A stretch of DNA of 64,000 nt, taken from positions 136,617 to 200,616 of the forward strand of contig CBFFRP010000397.1 in assembly GCA_965644295.1 (NCBI GenBank), in the 5' to 3' direction. Source of the DNA: Paraphysomonas bandaiensis. Taxonomy: Eukaryota; Protista; Chrysophyceae. Every line of letters starts with the position of its first letter. Position 1 is the stretch's first letter. Below are positions 14,101 to 27,804 of this stretch, piece after piece. The notes beneath the pieces are model-generated. The model did no database searches. It was not told the origin of the DNA and worked only from the letters and a program-made list of their open reading frames with translations. The translations under genes were made by a program, and so were the position numbers.

Positions 14101-15236
14101 AAACCTCGTACACCCATATAAACCTAGTAAACATAAGGGAAACGTAGTACACACATGTGCATATAAAGTACATAGAAAGGTAATATATATGTATAGACAT
14201 AAAACATACACATTCACACAAGTCGCGTGGAGAGATAGTTCGGGACAAAGTCTTGAGAATAGCCAACAAAGACTAGACATGTATAGACTTTCAACAATCA
14301 TCAGCTGCACTCGCCGTAAAGCCCATTTAAATCGACAAGTATGGCAACAATGGCATTGTAGATGTAACAAGACCCCAATAAAGCTGAATGAGTGCAATAT
14401 ATTAGGTATCCTACATATATGACATGAGTGAACACTGCTTGCTGTGACCCTACAGCACCCTAACATGGGGTGCCTGCAACCAACAAGCTAGTCAAGGGTA
14501 TTTGCAACATTAATCATTGTACAACGCACAAGGAAGCCCATAAAGTGCCAAATCTCTTTCTACCAAATAAATATCGCTTATCTTCCATTCGATAAGTCGG
14601 TTCCGACACTGATAAGCTGACTCGGATGGTGACAAGGTAGCATATCCACATAATTTCTACGGACGGCAGCGGTGCACTTAAATCTAATCAAATTGGTTGA
14701 TATGCCATATCAATGCCCTCCATCCATCGATATGGCATATTATTTTGGCGCATTTCAAATTTCTGGTGAATGTATGACCTGATGTGCACTGTATGGACCC
14801 CTCCTCCCTATGGACAAATACTGACCGGCACAGAATCCAAGCCACAGAGATGATACGTGATCCCCCCACACCCTCTCACCTCTCCAAACACTTTGTCTGC
14901 AGTAGTAAGTCGAATATAGAGTCTCAGTAGTGGTTAATGTATCCCACTGCTCTGCATATAGCGATCAATAGCCATCCTGAGGACGCAGGGCTCCTCTGTC
15001 TAATCACTCGAGACACAGGGTGTGATGGTAAAAATGGCTGCATATAATGTTGACATACTCCATTGTAAAGATAGCGTGTATGTGTCTGATTGTATTGGTG
15101 TATGTTGTGGTTAGTTGTGGTGTTGGAGTTAATGTCATGTATGTATGTGCATATCAGTTCAAGGGGGGGTGGGAAAATGGATGATGAAAAGGGGGGGCCG
15201 ATTTTTTTGAGGGGGCCGATTTTCTTTCGTTATAGG
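11108..15236. mobile_element. Foldback-type element: 1781-bp inverted arms (11108-12888, 13456-15236), 567-bp spacer, ATTT duplication
   Basis: Mirror ORF pairs all sum to 26344; only two substitutions noticed between arms; ATTT at 11104-11107 and 15237-15240; termini CCTATAACG/CGTTATAGG. Confidence 0.85.
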
Positions 15237-15541
15237 ATTTCACGGAAATACGAATGAATTTCTTCCCTAGATTTCATTCCCCACTTCCATAGCCGGGTAG
15301 ACGGGTGAGATGGGACCGAGTGCATACAACGTATGAAATTTACCAAATAAAAAGTACGGATATCATATATACGATTTCTGATTGGTTATTGTCGTCGTAC
15401 GGAAGTGGAAAATTTGAAGAAGTGCGACTAATATGGTCATCTGAATAATGAGGCATATGCCCTCACTCGCATCTATTCGTATCTTGTCATATATTATATC
15501 TTCTCATATATCTGGCATTATATAACTTCATAATTACAACC

Positions 15542-16606
15542 ATGACTAATCCAGCCCCTTTTGATTTCGACCAGATGTTTGCGGAGCTCAACATCAGCAC
15601 TGACTCGTATTCCTCTGATGGATATGACGCCTATGACTCTCCTCCATATGAACCTATCGCACCCCTCTCTGATCATATCACCCCTCTCTCTGATCCCTAT
15701 CAGCAACCCTCTTCACCTATCAATTACGAGTATGAGGTGCGATTTAGGTGTACCAAAGACACGTTTGTCTTATCGGATGAGTGCATTCAGCAGAAGGTCA
15801 CCATCAACATAGGTGACTTGGTCATTGTAGAGACTGATTCAGGATTCGATGCTGGTGTTGTGCATGTCATTAATTCAAAGCGCGTCAACCCAATGTGCAA
15901 GTACATGCCCACACCTGTTCTACGTCGTATATTATGTCGTGCGTCCATGGAGCACTACAAATACCTTCGCGAGAACAGGGATGAAGAAGATCGTGCTGTA
16001 ATGCTGTGTGGTTATCTGGCCAAGCAGAAACGTGTTCCAATTAGCATTGTGGCTGCAGAAATGCAGTACGATAGGAAGAAATTGACCATAATTTATACTT
16101 CTGGTGAGCGTGTTGACTTCAGAGAACTTGTTAAGAATATGTACCAAGAGTTTCGTATGCGCATATGGATGCAGCGTGTTACCCCTTCTGAAGCGATGTA
16201 CTTGATATCAAGTACTACGAATTCGTCATCTGCTAATTTACCCCCTGGTTCTGGGTTTACTCCGTCGACTTTGTCAAGTGCTCGTGTGACTGCTCTCAAC
16301 ACGGAGCGAGCTGTTTATATGGTTGATCCCGCATCCACTATATCTCCAAGACGACATTCCCATCAGTCACTCGTATCCGCTGACTCTAATGGAGGTAAAT
16401 CCGTTAAACACTCACTCTACTCTCGATCACACTCAGATGGGGGATCCAGTCGATATGGAGTCGACCCGTACCAACCTGTGCCTCAAACTCGATCAACTAC
16501 CTCCCAACATTTTGACCAGAACAGCTTATGTTCTGACCCAGTAGTTCCTAAAATTTGGGCATATAACTCCTTAAATCCGTCTTCTAACATCACTAATATG
16601 CGGTAG
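15542..16606 (+). CDS. PSP1 C-terminal domain protein (YaaT/RicT-like domain)
   Basis: IGDLVIVETDSGFDAGVV...AEMQYDRKKLTIIYTSGERVDFRELVKNMYQEFRMRIWMQ. Confidence 0.9.
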   Translation: MTNPAPFDFDQMFAELNISTDSYSSDGYDAYDSPPYEPIAPLSDHITPLSDPYQQPSSPINYEYEVRFRCTKDTFVLSDECIQQKVTINIGDLVIVETDSGFDAGVVHVINSKRVNPMCKYMPTPVLRRILCRASMEHYKYLRENRDEEDRAVMLCGYLAKQKRVPISIVAAEMQYDRKKLTIIYTSGERVDFRELVKNMYQEFRMRIWMQRVTPSEAMYLISSTTNSSSANLPPGSGFTPSTLSSARVTALNTERAVYMVDPASTISPRRHSHQSLVSADSNGGKSVKHSLYSRSHSDGGSSRYGVDPYQPVPQTRSTTSQHFDQNSLCSDPVVPKIWAYNSLNPSSNITNMR

Positions 16607-17382
16607 ATGGATACGATGCGCGATACGTACTCGGTATTGTTGGCATTGTCGAACTTCTATGCTCTCAGCAGCTCTTCTATGTGACTGAAAGAATTTTATT
16701 GGTGTCTCTTATGCGAGAGACACATATCAGATCTCACCCGGAAATGGTTCGTATTGTCTGGGTCTTCTTGTTTTCATAAAATATATACCGGTATTCCCAC
16801 TTCTATCTTCTATGGTAGTTGTCCGTTGAATAGCATTTTTAACTTTAAATAACTAAAACGATTTACATGATGAAAATTGCTTCTTATTTAGTCAGCTGTG
16901 AGATATCCAGATATCGAGGATATCACTTCTCGACGTTACCTTTTTTACTTTTTTACAAACTACGCGTATAAATACTACATGCAGAGAAATCTCGAACAAA
17001 TCGGCTTGACACTGACTCCTCCTCGCTCTGTCAAAATTTGCTTGCAAGAAGCCATTAGGTTGCTCTCATAACACTAGGTGTCACCCCAAGAATATAGTTA
17101 GGAATTATGTCGAAATCCAGCGAATTGTAACTCGCCAGTGGAATAAACTGGTAGCAGACATCATTTGCTGCTATAAAGTGGCCAAACTAATCGCTATTAG
17201 CAAACCACTACCAGTAAAACAGAGAAACGATCACGACTTACACCGCAAGTACACCCCAGTATTCATTAGGCACTAACAAACACATAATAACACGTCACAT
17301 CATGTCAAAAATAACTAGATTATATAGATTCTCAGGAAAATACGATCCGTTTCATCGTTTTTCTCTTCGTAACTCCCTGATA

Positions 17383-18511
17383 CTACCAGGTGTTTGATCC
17401 CTGCATCATATACAACGGCACATGCGAAGTTCGACCCTGATGTTGTTGGTGCTGAGTGTAAGGTACGTAGTCCTGCGTATGAGACTTCGATTGTGCTGAT
17501 GGAAGTAGTGGGGTACCGGATGGCGCTGATGTATCCGACAGGTTCTTGAGAAGGTGCGTGAGCCATCGCTGCACGGCCTCCTCTGATCTTATTACTTCCC
17601 CGAACGACTGGTCAGTGAGTGCCTCCGGTAGACACTGGCGCAATGCCTCGCGTGCTCTGGGGTGCTCAGACAACCGTAGATAGCACCGAACAATATGCTT
17701 GAGGAGCCGTACGGAAGAATGTTCCAGTAGTTTGGTCACCATACCTGAGAGTACTGTGCTAACCGCATAAAACCGCTCGGCCGTAGAACAAATATATGTG
17801 AGTCCTGTGTCGTCTAACAGAATCTTCTGGACGATAAAAGTTGCAACAGTTTTAGAAAGCTCGGACCCTGTATCCATGATCCGCAAACACAAGGGGACTA
17901 TCTCAGTTTGCAGTAAAAAGCTAACAACATCCGGGTCATCAACCTTCGCGCAACGATTAAATGCGTAATGGACGACAGAAGTTATCCTTATACCTTCACA
18001 AGTGCACCGATAACACCTAAAGATGTTAGGCGTAAAAATTCAAAGGGGCGTTGTCTTGACACAGTATTTAGGAAGGGGTATAAGTACAACGGAACATGTG
18101 CTAAAATCAACGCCGTTAGTAGTTATCTTTCGATCAGGTATTGCAAGGAGATACCATTTATCAAACACAACTTCGTCTCAGAGTGAGAAGCAAGGCATTG
18201 CAAGAGGGCAAGCGCATTGCACACTCTGTTACTTGCATGTGGGGTCAGGGTTGGCGGAGAAAGCATAGGGTAAATGTTTATTATTTCTTGAATTAAAGCA
18301 GCAATAGTTCCGAAAGAGTGCCATAATACCGGCGCCAAATCTGGAAATGCTTCTCTCTTTTTACTTAACTCAAGCAATGCTGCTTCTCGCTAACGTACAT
18401 AACATAATAACATCATTCTCTATAAGAATAAGTTATAGTATCTATTACCTGTTCAACATTAGTGAGTTGTGAAACCAACGGATACAAGTCTTTAATATCC
18501 TCTTTACTCAT
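17383..18511 (-). CDS. CNOT9: CCR4-NOT subunit 9 (RCD1/CAF40); multi-exon
   Basis: [32 protein letters not shown]...[13 protein letters not shown]...[20 protein letters not shown]...[15 protein letters not shown]. Confidence 0.97.
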
Positions 18512-18938
18512 ACTTAACAACAGAAGATAATGCTACCGTCTCTGTTTAATATATGTACACACTACACTAATATATTGTCACACAACCCCACCCTTCAAGT
18601 CTCCTCAAATAACGTTACAATTTATCGAATAGTTCTATTAACACTGTCGAGATGCCATGATGAGCTCTACCCTCTACAGCAGCGCATATATTAATACACA
18701 GCAACAGCATGTATATAATACACAGAGCAACACACTGCACGATGTCAGATTCGCATATTTTTTTGCCTTTTCATCTAGATTTTTAGCTTTTTATGGTCAT
18801 GTTTCCGCAATTTCTCAAAATCATTCATTTCTAGAGTCCATGCATGGATTTCAGTGAACAATGTCCAACAGTGCACTGAGGTGGAATAGGATTCATAACG
18901 TCATCAATAACTCCTTCAATTCTATACTGTAGAGGTAA

Positions 18939-19541
18939 TTGATATTGCTTCTGCTCTTAATTCAAGGTAAGGGGATGGTAGATTCCTTTTTCGATGAGGT
19001 GTATCCAACGGCACACAGTATGACGCCTGTAGCTCTTGTTATTCTATGCAGCGCTCTATGTGGTGCAATGCTAATAAAATTAGCACATATTAGTTTTCAG
19101 CGCCCCCACGAAGAGCATGATATACGTCTAATACTCACGCGAGCTCAGCGGTTGCTGCTATGCTACGATACCTTGGTGAGCAATAATATATTGGATGCAA
19201 ATGCCAATTCCCTGCCAACCCTCATTGAAAGGTGCGAGGAGTTATTAAAAGCCTCCGGTAGACGAAAGGAACGGATTCAATGTTTGTGCGATGAAGTCAA
19301 TATGTTAGAGAAGGACTTGCAATTAAGTTTATCAATGCAACTGGCGATTCGACAATCACGATTACAGGCAACAATAGAAGCAACTAATAGTCGATTACAG
19401 CAACTCGCCACTTCCCTTCGATCCAAGTCACCTTATACATCAATGAATACTCAGATCTTAGAAGCCGATGGTGATGAGGATGATGCCACTATAAATTCCT
19501 ATTTGGTAAACAGATACATAGAGCAACAGATTTCGTCATGA
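18939..19541 (+). CDS. Hypothetical membrane-anchored coiled-coil protein; start uncertain
   Basis: 200-aa ORF with a hydrophobic segment (ALVILCSALCGAMLI) followed by a heptad-rich region. Confidence 0.5.
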   Translation: MILLLLLIQGKGMVDSFFDEVYPTAHSMTPVALVILCSALCGAMLIKLAHISFQRPHEEHDIRLILTRAQRLLLCYDTLVSNNILDANANSLPTLIERCEELLKASGRRKERIQCLCDEVNMLEKDLQLSLSMQLAIRQSRLQATIEATNSRLQQLATSLRSKSPYTSMNTQILEADGDEDDATINSYLVNRYIEQQISS

Positions 19542-20796
19542 CAATTGTCGTGGTTATATATTGCATAGTATTAAGCATCACCATACTGTTTCTAAGTAAG
19601 TCAAATACCAATTTCCCTTAGAGTTAGTTAAGAGACAAGTTGGGAGTTTAGGTATGTCAGCATTACCCAACAAAAACGAGAGAAAAGCAACTGATATGTA
19701 GCATCACAGTTGCATTGTTAATTTTAAAATTTTCCTTTGTCTTCAGTCTTTGATAGTAAAGTGGAGTATATGATGAATTTATTCATGCCACGCAATTGTA
19801 CTCATAAATTAAATACAGTGGCGTCACAAGTTCTAGCTTAAAGAGACTAGACTAAGGTTAACGTCGTCATTTTGATTGGAATGACGTGATCATAAGTTTG
19901 CCACTTCCGTTGCTTATATCGTAGACAATGTTAGCTGCATTTTAAATACTAGCAATCAGAGGTACTAAAAATGTAGATTTAAAATATTCAAATAGCTTCT
20001 TGCAGTGACTATAGCTCGGTACAAGTAAATTCAAAGTATACTGTTAATTTGCAGCTACATCCGCGAGTATGCATATCAGTCGGTTTGGTACTTTATTGTA
20101 CACTCATATCTCTAATGACAAATATATCGGTTATTGAGCAATGCTCTAGTAAATTCTACAGGTGTCCATTTTGAGGGAATAGCAATCACTCGCACTCGGT
20201 GTAGAGATTTCATACTTCACTATTCAGAATATAAAGTATCCAAGGTTTAAGGTTACTGCAATTCTTCACTAATCGATAATCGAGACTTAATATATGACAA
20301 AATAATTGCATACATCTATTATCAGAGACACGATACATATTGTCAGTCACGTTCTAACATGAAGGTCAACGATATTTCGCAGTGTTTAATACCCGCCCAA
20401 ACATGTTTGAATATCTTTGATCACACAGTGTATTGTCGATTTCACTAATCCGCAGTGCTGAAGCTCGATCATATATCAGAGAACTTAATGATTGCACTAA
20501 TCATGTCCAAAACCATAGGTGTTGGAATTGTTATAATCCACATGATTCAAAGTGCTACGAGATCCAACTGCTGTCTGGACTGCAATTACCATTCAAACTA
20601 CATACCGATTTTACTTAATCAATACTGTCCAATATGTTGACATTACATAAGTTTTAAGATATTATGATTTTAGCCACTTGTGATGTCCATAATGGATGTG
20701 GTGGCCATTCCCACATATATCCGTGCATAGCATAATTATAGATGCCACCCCAAGAAGACGGAGCATTATTTACATACATAGTCAAAAATTGACAAA

Positions 20797-20916
20797 AACG
20801 GACAGTACCCGGACTTCGCACGTGGTCACCCACCGTACTACTAACCGGGCCAGATGCAACTTAACTTCCGCGAGCGGAACGAGAGCGGGTGCGGTTTGCA
20901 TTGTATGACCGTCCAT
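20797..20916 (-). rRNA. 5S: 5S rRNA
   Basis: 120 nt; helix I ATGGACGG/CTGTCCGT, GGTCATAC, box A-like GAAGTTAAG, TTAGTAGTAC, box C-like GGTGGGTGACC, oligo-T terminator. Confidence 0.95.
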
Positions 20917-21105
20917 ACTGAGTCGACTTGATTACAGAAATATAAATGCAAAAATATATACTGGAGATGTGTGTGTATCAGAAGTGGAGTTAGATTCAGA
21001 GTATATGATTAGAACACATACAGCATTAAGCACAGCACTATCTTTACCTCACTTACAACATATACACATTACTATATATTGAAACTAATCTATACATACA
21101 TCAAT

Positions 21106-22569
21106 ATGAAGCTATTCACATCTCTTCTATTATCACTTTGTTGTTATATTGCCATATCAAAGAAATCTCCTCGTAGGCCTGGTAATACACAGATAGAGAA
21201 GAAACCACCCCTTGTAGTCCTTATCACTGGTTGTTCGAGTGGTATTGGTAAAAGTACAGCTATTGAATTTAGTAAATCCGATAAATATATTGTATGGGCT
21301 ACAATGAGGTCTACATCTGTATGGGATGTACCTGCTAGAGACAATCTGAGAACAGCAGTGATGGATGTAACATCTGAAGATAGCATTAACAGTGTGGTTC
21401 AAAATATAATTGAAACAGATGGTAAAATTGATATTGTTGTTAATAATGCTGGTTATGGTGTTGTTGGAACTGTTGAATCTGTCAAGTTATCAGAGGCTAA
21501 GGTAAGCGTTTCCTTTTTCTGTCCACTAAACCCTGAGATATTGCAGGATGTCTTTGATGTTAACTTTTGGGGAGTTGTGAGAGTATTGCAAGCAGGTAAA
21601 TCAGTTTACCACTAGTACTGCCTTAAGATTACGTTCCAAAATCGTCTAGTATTACCACATATGCGGAAGGCTGCTCGTGGTCATGTGATTAACCTCAGGT
21701 CTGTACACGTTACAGCGCCACACCACACAATGTTGATTTCCTATTATCAGTTCTACAAGTGGTCTTAGAGGACTACCTGCTGCCGAGTTCTATACTGGTA
21801 AAGGTGACTTACGAATACAACTTTTTGATGTTATTTTGCAGCGAGCAAATTTGCACTGGAGGGATTAGCGGACAGCATGAGGTGAGCAGCATGAGGGATT
21901 GAAACAGTGTGTGACAGAAACATTCATTGCAGGTACAGCCTGGCGCCTTTTAACATTGCGGTTACAAATGTAAATCCTGGCCCCGTTGCGTAAGTGTTGC
22001 TTTCTCTCACTTCTGTACACTTTTAAATGCACACTTTTACAGAACTTCCTTCGTCGATAAGTTTGGTAACGCGAATGTGGGGGGCCGGGGTACTCGAGAG
22101 CCCGAGGATCCCACCGGTTATCTAGCATCTCTTGCTGACCGTAATATCGCAAGCCTAGCTAGTCGCATTAGAAGCGATGAAGGGCAGTCCAGTGAAGAGG
22201 TTGCAAGAGTGAGTTATGCAACACCACTGTCGCTGCCTGCATATAATGAAGTATTAGGTTGTTGTGAATGTCGCTATACTCGGACAAGAAGCTAAAAAGC
22301 CCTCTGATGTCCCTCTTAACATTGGTACCAATCATAAGACCCAGGTAATAGTTGAGTGGGTGCAGTAATTGTAACCTCATTGCTGTGCAGGCACTCATTG
22401 ACACGGTGAAACGGCATCCAACAGGTTCGCAATACCCCCAATTACATTGTTGTTTTGACATTATTGAATCTTTGCGTTTTCAGGTTGGGGAGGACTGTAC
22501 AGTGATATCATGCTCAATATGCCACCGTTGACTCATACAGATGAAACTGCTCTGCAGGATGAGCTCTAG
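21106..22569 (+). CDS. Short-chain dehydrogenase/reductase (RDH8/17beta-HSD1-like) with signal peptide and C-terminal QDEL; many small exons
   Basis: ITGCSSGIG, NNAGYG, YT/ASKFALEG, NVNPGPV motifs; ends LQDEL*. Confidence 0.9.
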
Positions 22570-22956
22570 ACTGTTGCAAAACGCGAGATTAGATCATTGT
22601 TGTATGTCGCATTTGTTGACAATATAATTAATAATACAACCGATTGAAGTTATATTGGTGGGGTAGTGTTCAGCTCTGTGTTGTCGTGCTGTTATGATAT
22701 TTAGCGCTTTGAAAGCTGATTTGGCTCCTAGATCGTTCTCACCGATGTTGCTTGCTTGATTTGCACATTATATTTAGTTCCTTCTATTTTAAATTATAGT
22801 AAACTCAGAACAATTCAGTGTTTCATTCATCTTTTAAAACCTGATATATGAGGCTATAGATCTCGAAAGAAATTATCGATACAATGGCACCCTGCCCTGG
22901 ACGCTTTGTCAGCAACAGGACATCAAGCTCCATCATTAAGATTTGTCCTAGTAGTG

Positions 22957-23110
22957 AATCCTGAAGTCAGCAGATGTCAAGTATATTAACATTCTGCTTG
23001 CTCACTGGGTTACCATTGAGTGATAGAGCGAAAGTAGTTGCACCGTGGTGCCTGCGGTGACTCACAAGCAGCTTTTGAAGCGCAAGTAGTAGGATATCAG
23101 AGTTAAGTGC
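22957..23110 (-). mobile_element. Dispersed repeat R1, partial copy
   Basis: CCTGAAGTCAGCAGATG..AACATTCTGCTTGCTCACTG..GAGTGATAGAG matches 8020-8125. Confidence 0.75.
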
Positions 23111-23569
23111 TACTTAGTTACATTGCAATGCTACAATGGCTCTTACTCTTCACAGATCCATATTTCATATTTTCACCGATCTTAGTATTATTCATTATCA
23201 CACCTACGTCCCACTTTCCTAATCGCTTATGAGCACTATATGCATTGTAATAGACTCAAACTGTATGTAATGAAGTGTAAGAAAAGAGCACCTTTGGAAA
23301 TTTCATATCGTGATATCATAATGAAACTTGTATTATTACATGCTTTTAATCAGAACGTTTATGATCTGCACCACGCATATTCTAATTCGGACTTGCAAGC
23401 TAAAATGCCAGTGAACTGTATGTGCACACATCTTTCGCCCCAAGGTAGTGGTATCATTACAAAAATCCACATTGAATAATTTCACACCACGGTGCAGAAA
23501 CGTATTGAATTTTTATTCCAAATCGCCACAACATATATACGCCTCATGTCGGAACACATATTTAAGTAT

Positions 23570-24673
23570 TTATTTTCCTGGCTGTCGAAACAATGTTGAC
23601 CTTGTGTACATTGCTTTCGGAGGGCTGCTGGGAGCCCATGCACGCCTATCTTTAATTTTCTCGTCCAACCTACGTTGTCGTGAAGTTAACCCATAATAAG
23701 AACATATAGCAGTACATGGTCCTGTACATACATGTCTTCTTGTTGCACCATCGGTAACAAGCGTGTGGAGAGCATCGCAGTCCGAATCTTCTTCTCATCA
23801 TAAGGATCCGCGAGATGGGCAGGATATTCACTAAACGTGCCGTAGAGTGGCCCACCAGCTTTAGACGGGCTGGAGGGGCGGAACGCTTTACTCTCACCGT
23901 CTCCCTTGGCGGTTTGTGTAGTGTGAGGTCGACTTATGGGGGACGTGAAGGGTTTCGTGCTCACCGCAGGCTACAGCAGTAAGATTACAACACCAACACA
24001 TGCATAAATAACCTACCTTGTCTTCATCAGACAAGGGCTTTCCCAGTATATCTTCAACGGAAACTTTGAACGGGGGCTTGCCGTCCATTAACTCACGAGA
24101 AGTTCTATGGAGTTCCTACTCAACTGTTACATACATAAAAAGCCAATACACTACAAAACTTACCCTCTCTTTGTTTTCATATGCGTCATATTCACTGGCA
24201 ACGTATTCTGTCTCAGTGAAATGTATTTTCGGGGTTGAAGCTTGTCCACCAGTAGCCTTCCGTGGAGGATTTGTATATATTTTCCGTGGTGCAATTTCCT
24301 TTTTTGCTTCACGGGGTTTATTCCTTGGTTCATGTCTTCCTTCCGGCATATGTTGATAGGGTTTTGTAAATGTTCCATTATAATCCCCTACACTTGATGA
24401 TTTTTTTAATGAAGATGGATGAGAGAATCCATTCGGTGTTAAGAATCCTTGTCTACCCTTTAAACGTTGTGCTGCTAATACTTTAGCATTATCAATATGT
24501 GTTTCTCCCTCATATAATCTATTAAACTTTCCAGGTATACCTTTACCTACACCAAATTGACGTAATCCTTTAGATGATCCATGTGAGCTAAGAGAATGTT
24601 TCGCTTTATCATAATATGGATCCCCAACACTATTTGTTATAGGTGGGGAGAATAATCCACCTTGATATGGCAT
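23570..24673 (-). CDS. CFAP96: Cilia- and flagella-associated protein 96 (C4orf47/DUF4586) homologue; multi-exon
   Basis: GLFS..SVGDPY, RLYEGE, GDYNGTF, IYTNPPRK, PFK, FRPSSPSKAGG..GTFSEYPAHLADPY, PSSPPK occur in family order. Confidence 0.8.
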
Positions 24674-25427
24674 TAGTAGAAAGATAGACTATAGAATAGT
24701 AATGTGTTTGTAATGTATGTTATGTATGTATGGTGATATGAATCAATCTATAGAACATCATACAACTATATGAGCTTATTATGCTTGTATTAGTAAGTGA
24801 AATTTCAATGACTTTTCAATGATGATAATTTTGCTTGAGGATATATACCCACTTCGACTCTTCGCTTATACATGTATGTCTGGACTAGTCACGTTTACTG
24901 GGTGCCCATCTTCACCGTTTCACATAATATTATTGACCAATCATATAGGATTGATTGGATATGGACAACTACTAGCGAATATGTAGGGAGGTGAATACAT
25001 GAGTGGATGGTGTGTATAAAAACTACGTATACCATATACCAGTATACCTAACCGTATACCAGATACCACATATCTTCATATCCTCATATCTTATATCTAG
25101 ATAACTACATATACATGTATATAGCAATTGCCCACTCCGCTCATGTTATTGTTATGTCATTTTACTGTTGAATGAATCTATTTGTCTATGTTTAACTCTG
25201 ATGTATTCCTCAGTTCTTGTCTTCCAGACATGGTAGAGCACAGTGCGGTGTATAGGTTCATGTGTAGATCTATAGAGACATGTGGCTCTGTACATTGGAT
25301 TGACTGAATTATATTCCCTATTTATTAGTTTTAATCTTTGATAATGAAGTATGTCAATGTGTTATGTGAAAACAGTTGTTATTACTTTTATCTATGTCAA
25401 TAGATGTGCTACGGTCATCCTTTCACT

Positions 25428-26114
25428 CAGGGCTAGGAAACAATATATTGAATTGCAATACATTGTACAATATATTGCGGCCAAAAGTCCCATCAATGTT
25501 GTTTCTGTTAAAGTATCTCACAATATATTGCACTCAATATTATGATAGTCTTATAAGAGAAGATTATCAACTGTAGGGTGCAAAATGGATATAAATAACC
25601 GAGAAATTGATTACAACATTGCAGAGGATGATGAAACTGATGTTGACTATGCAAATAAAAATATTCAGTCAGCTCAAAAACTTAAGAAACGTACAGGTCC
25701 ACGAGTCATTAACGGTTACCAGGCTCTGGTATGTACTTCCAACACATGGGAGCGTCTGTTCAGCGCAGCTAAACATATTATATCAGTGTCTCCCAAAAGT
25801 ATCCATCCTACTTAATATACTGTTGTTTCTGAAAGCGATTCGACAGTTGTGGCCGAATACTAGCATATTTTAATAAATTTTGTGGATGAATATGGCGATG
25901 TTGACGTCACCGATGATGGCTCAGAGGGTGAGGACGAGGTGGATTTTTATTAGCTATAAGCAGTAGTTGGTTTGGTTGTCATGTGATCTTAATGACTAAT
26001 ACTAAAAATGAAATCTATGGATGTGTTTACTTACTGATTAGTCATACTAATATATTGCAATAGTATTGATTGAACGCTCTCTAACAATAGTATTGCAATA
26101 TATTGTTTCCTAGA
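25428..26114 (+). mobile_element. Non-autonomous hAT element with transposase C-terminal remnant and 8-bp TSD
   Basis: Left TIR CAGGGCTAGGAAACAATATATTG; right CAATATATTGTTTCCTAG (last bases eroded); TSD CTTTCACT at 25420-25427 and 26115-26122; internal TSNTWERLFSAAKHII...LLFLKAIRQLW. Confidence 0.88.
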
Positions 26115-26567
26115 CTTTCACTTGTGTCGTAGGTCACGTGGTCCTCCCCAACTATAGCAATCTAGTCGTCAACTTTTCCGACTTTGTAACTGCTAGATTT
26201 TAAAGTCATGAATTTGTTATATATGATTTCGACTGATCATCTGTCTATAACGCTATAACGTATGTCCTCGATCACAATTTTCCTGTAAGAAGGTCAATTC
26301 CCCCTCAGAACGAGACATACTTAGCCCCTAATTGCACATAGCTAACTTACATGTTTTGAAAGTTTATGACGCCATGAAATAACCCTACCTAGTATATAGT
26401 AATATTTAACCACGAGCGTAATACGCACCCATATCTCAATGAAAGATGGGTGGCGATATCAATTATTAGTGAGATAATTACACATACTACGACGTTATAA
26501 GTCTATACAACAGTTCGACCACGAATAATAGTGACACTAGCATGTACCCACGTAGAACTATACACTA

Positions 26568-27545
26568 TTAACAGCATTTGGACGACTTTTTCTTAGAAGG
26601 CAAATCAAATACAACTGCAGAATCTTGCGACTCGGACTCTCGTAGCTCAGCAAGTCCGCCGCGATTATTATCAAAAACTAACTGAGCAACGGCCTTGAAT
26701 ACCTAAATTGAAGTAACACGAAAACAGTTATAAGAAATCTTCGAAAGCTTATGCAGTGAGCGCAATATAATACGCATTAATGCAGGTATAATTATACCTC
26801 CTCGACATTGCTCCCGCTGGACGCGCTTGTTTCGAACACTGGTAGATTATTCTCTTGAGCGAACAGGGTGAACTGTTCCCGACTGACTTCCCACATCTCA
26901 ACCGGGAGATCTGTTTTGTTCGCACACAGGACAATCTCACAATCTCTTGGGGCGTCCTGTTTATATACCGTTAAAATAATGAAATGATACAGCTCTATGT
27001 ACACGTGCACAAGATAGGCGCGGTAAATACCCTTTTAATATCTCTGATCCAAGCTGGCAATGAACGAAATGACTCTTCCAGGGATACATCAAACACAAGT
27101 ATTATGCCGTGTCCCTTGTTGTAAAACGCAGCTGTCATTGATTTAAATCTCTCCTGACCTGATAGGCATTTCACATGCGTACTACAGCTTACCACAACAT
27201 ACCTGCTGTGTCCCAGATCTATACAGTACAAATCATTAATATGAACGAATTTATATATTTTGTAACTGACCTGTAACTTAACGTTTTCACCATCAATTTC
27301 CACCTCTTTGGCTTTGTAATCCACTCCTGTATTTAAAATGAGAGGTGTTGCTGTAATATTATTCAAGCAATAAAAATACCTATTGTGGTTTTCTGATGCA
27401 CAATGAATTGACCCTCATGAAATCTGATAAGCAAACTCGTCTTCCCGACACCTAACACGACATATATGACCTGTCAAATATAACATCCACCAGGAGCATG
27501 TAACTCACCTGTATCACCAACAATAAGCAGTCGGAGTAGATACAT
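26568..27545 (-). CDS. Rab-family small GTPase (Rab1/8/18-like); multi-exon
   Basis: LLIVGDTGVGKTS, TTIGVDYK, IWDTAGQERF, NKTD, ETSAS, C-terminal CC prenylation motif. Confidence 0.95.
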
Positions 27546-27804
27546 AACTAATAAGTAGAGAAAATTAAAAGACCACTACTAAACTACCAGTTGTAAAATT
27601 GAGTCGATTAATATTAACACCGACACAATGTGATCGTGATGATATGATTATATATATATAGCCACAAGGAGGATTCAATGCCCTCAAAGCATATACCTTT
27701 ACACTGTATATACCATACTACATACAGCAGTAGGAATTCCTATACAGATGAGGGGCTACTGCGATACAAGTGTATTTGTATAGTCAAAAACAAGTCGACT
27801 CGGT

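Noticed and set aside
11475-14869. Duplicated ORF pairs as real genes
   Set aside because: They are mirror products of the inverted repeat with low-complexity Cys/Tyr/Val composition and no motifs
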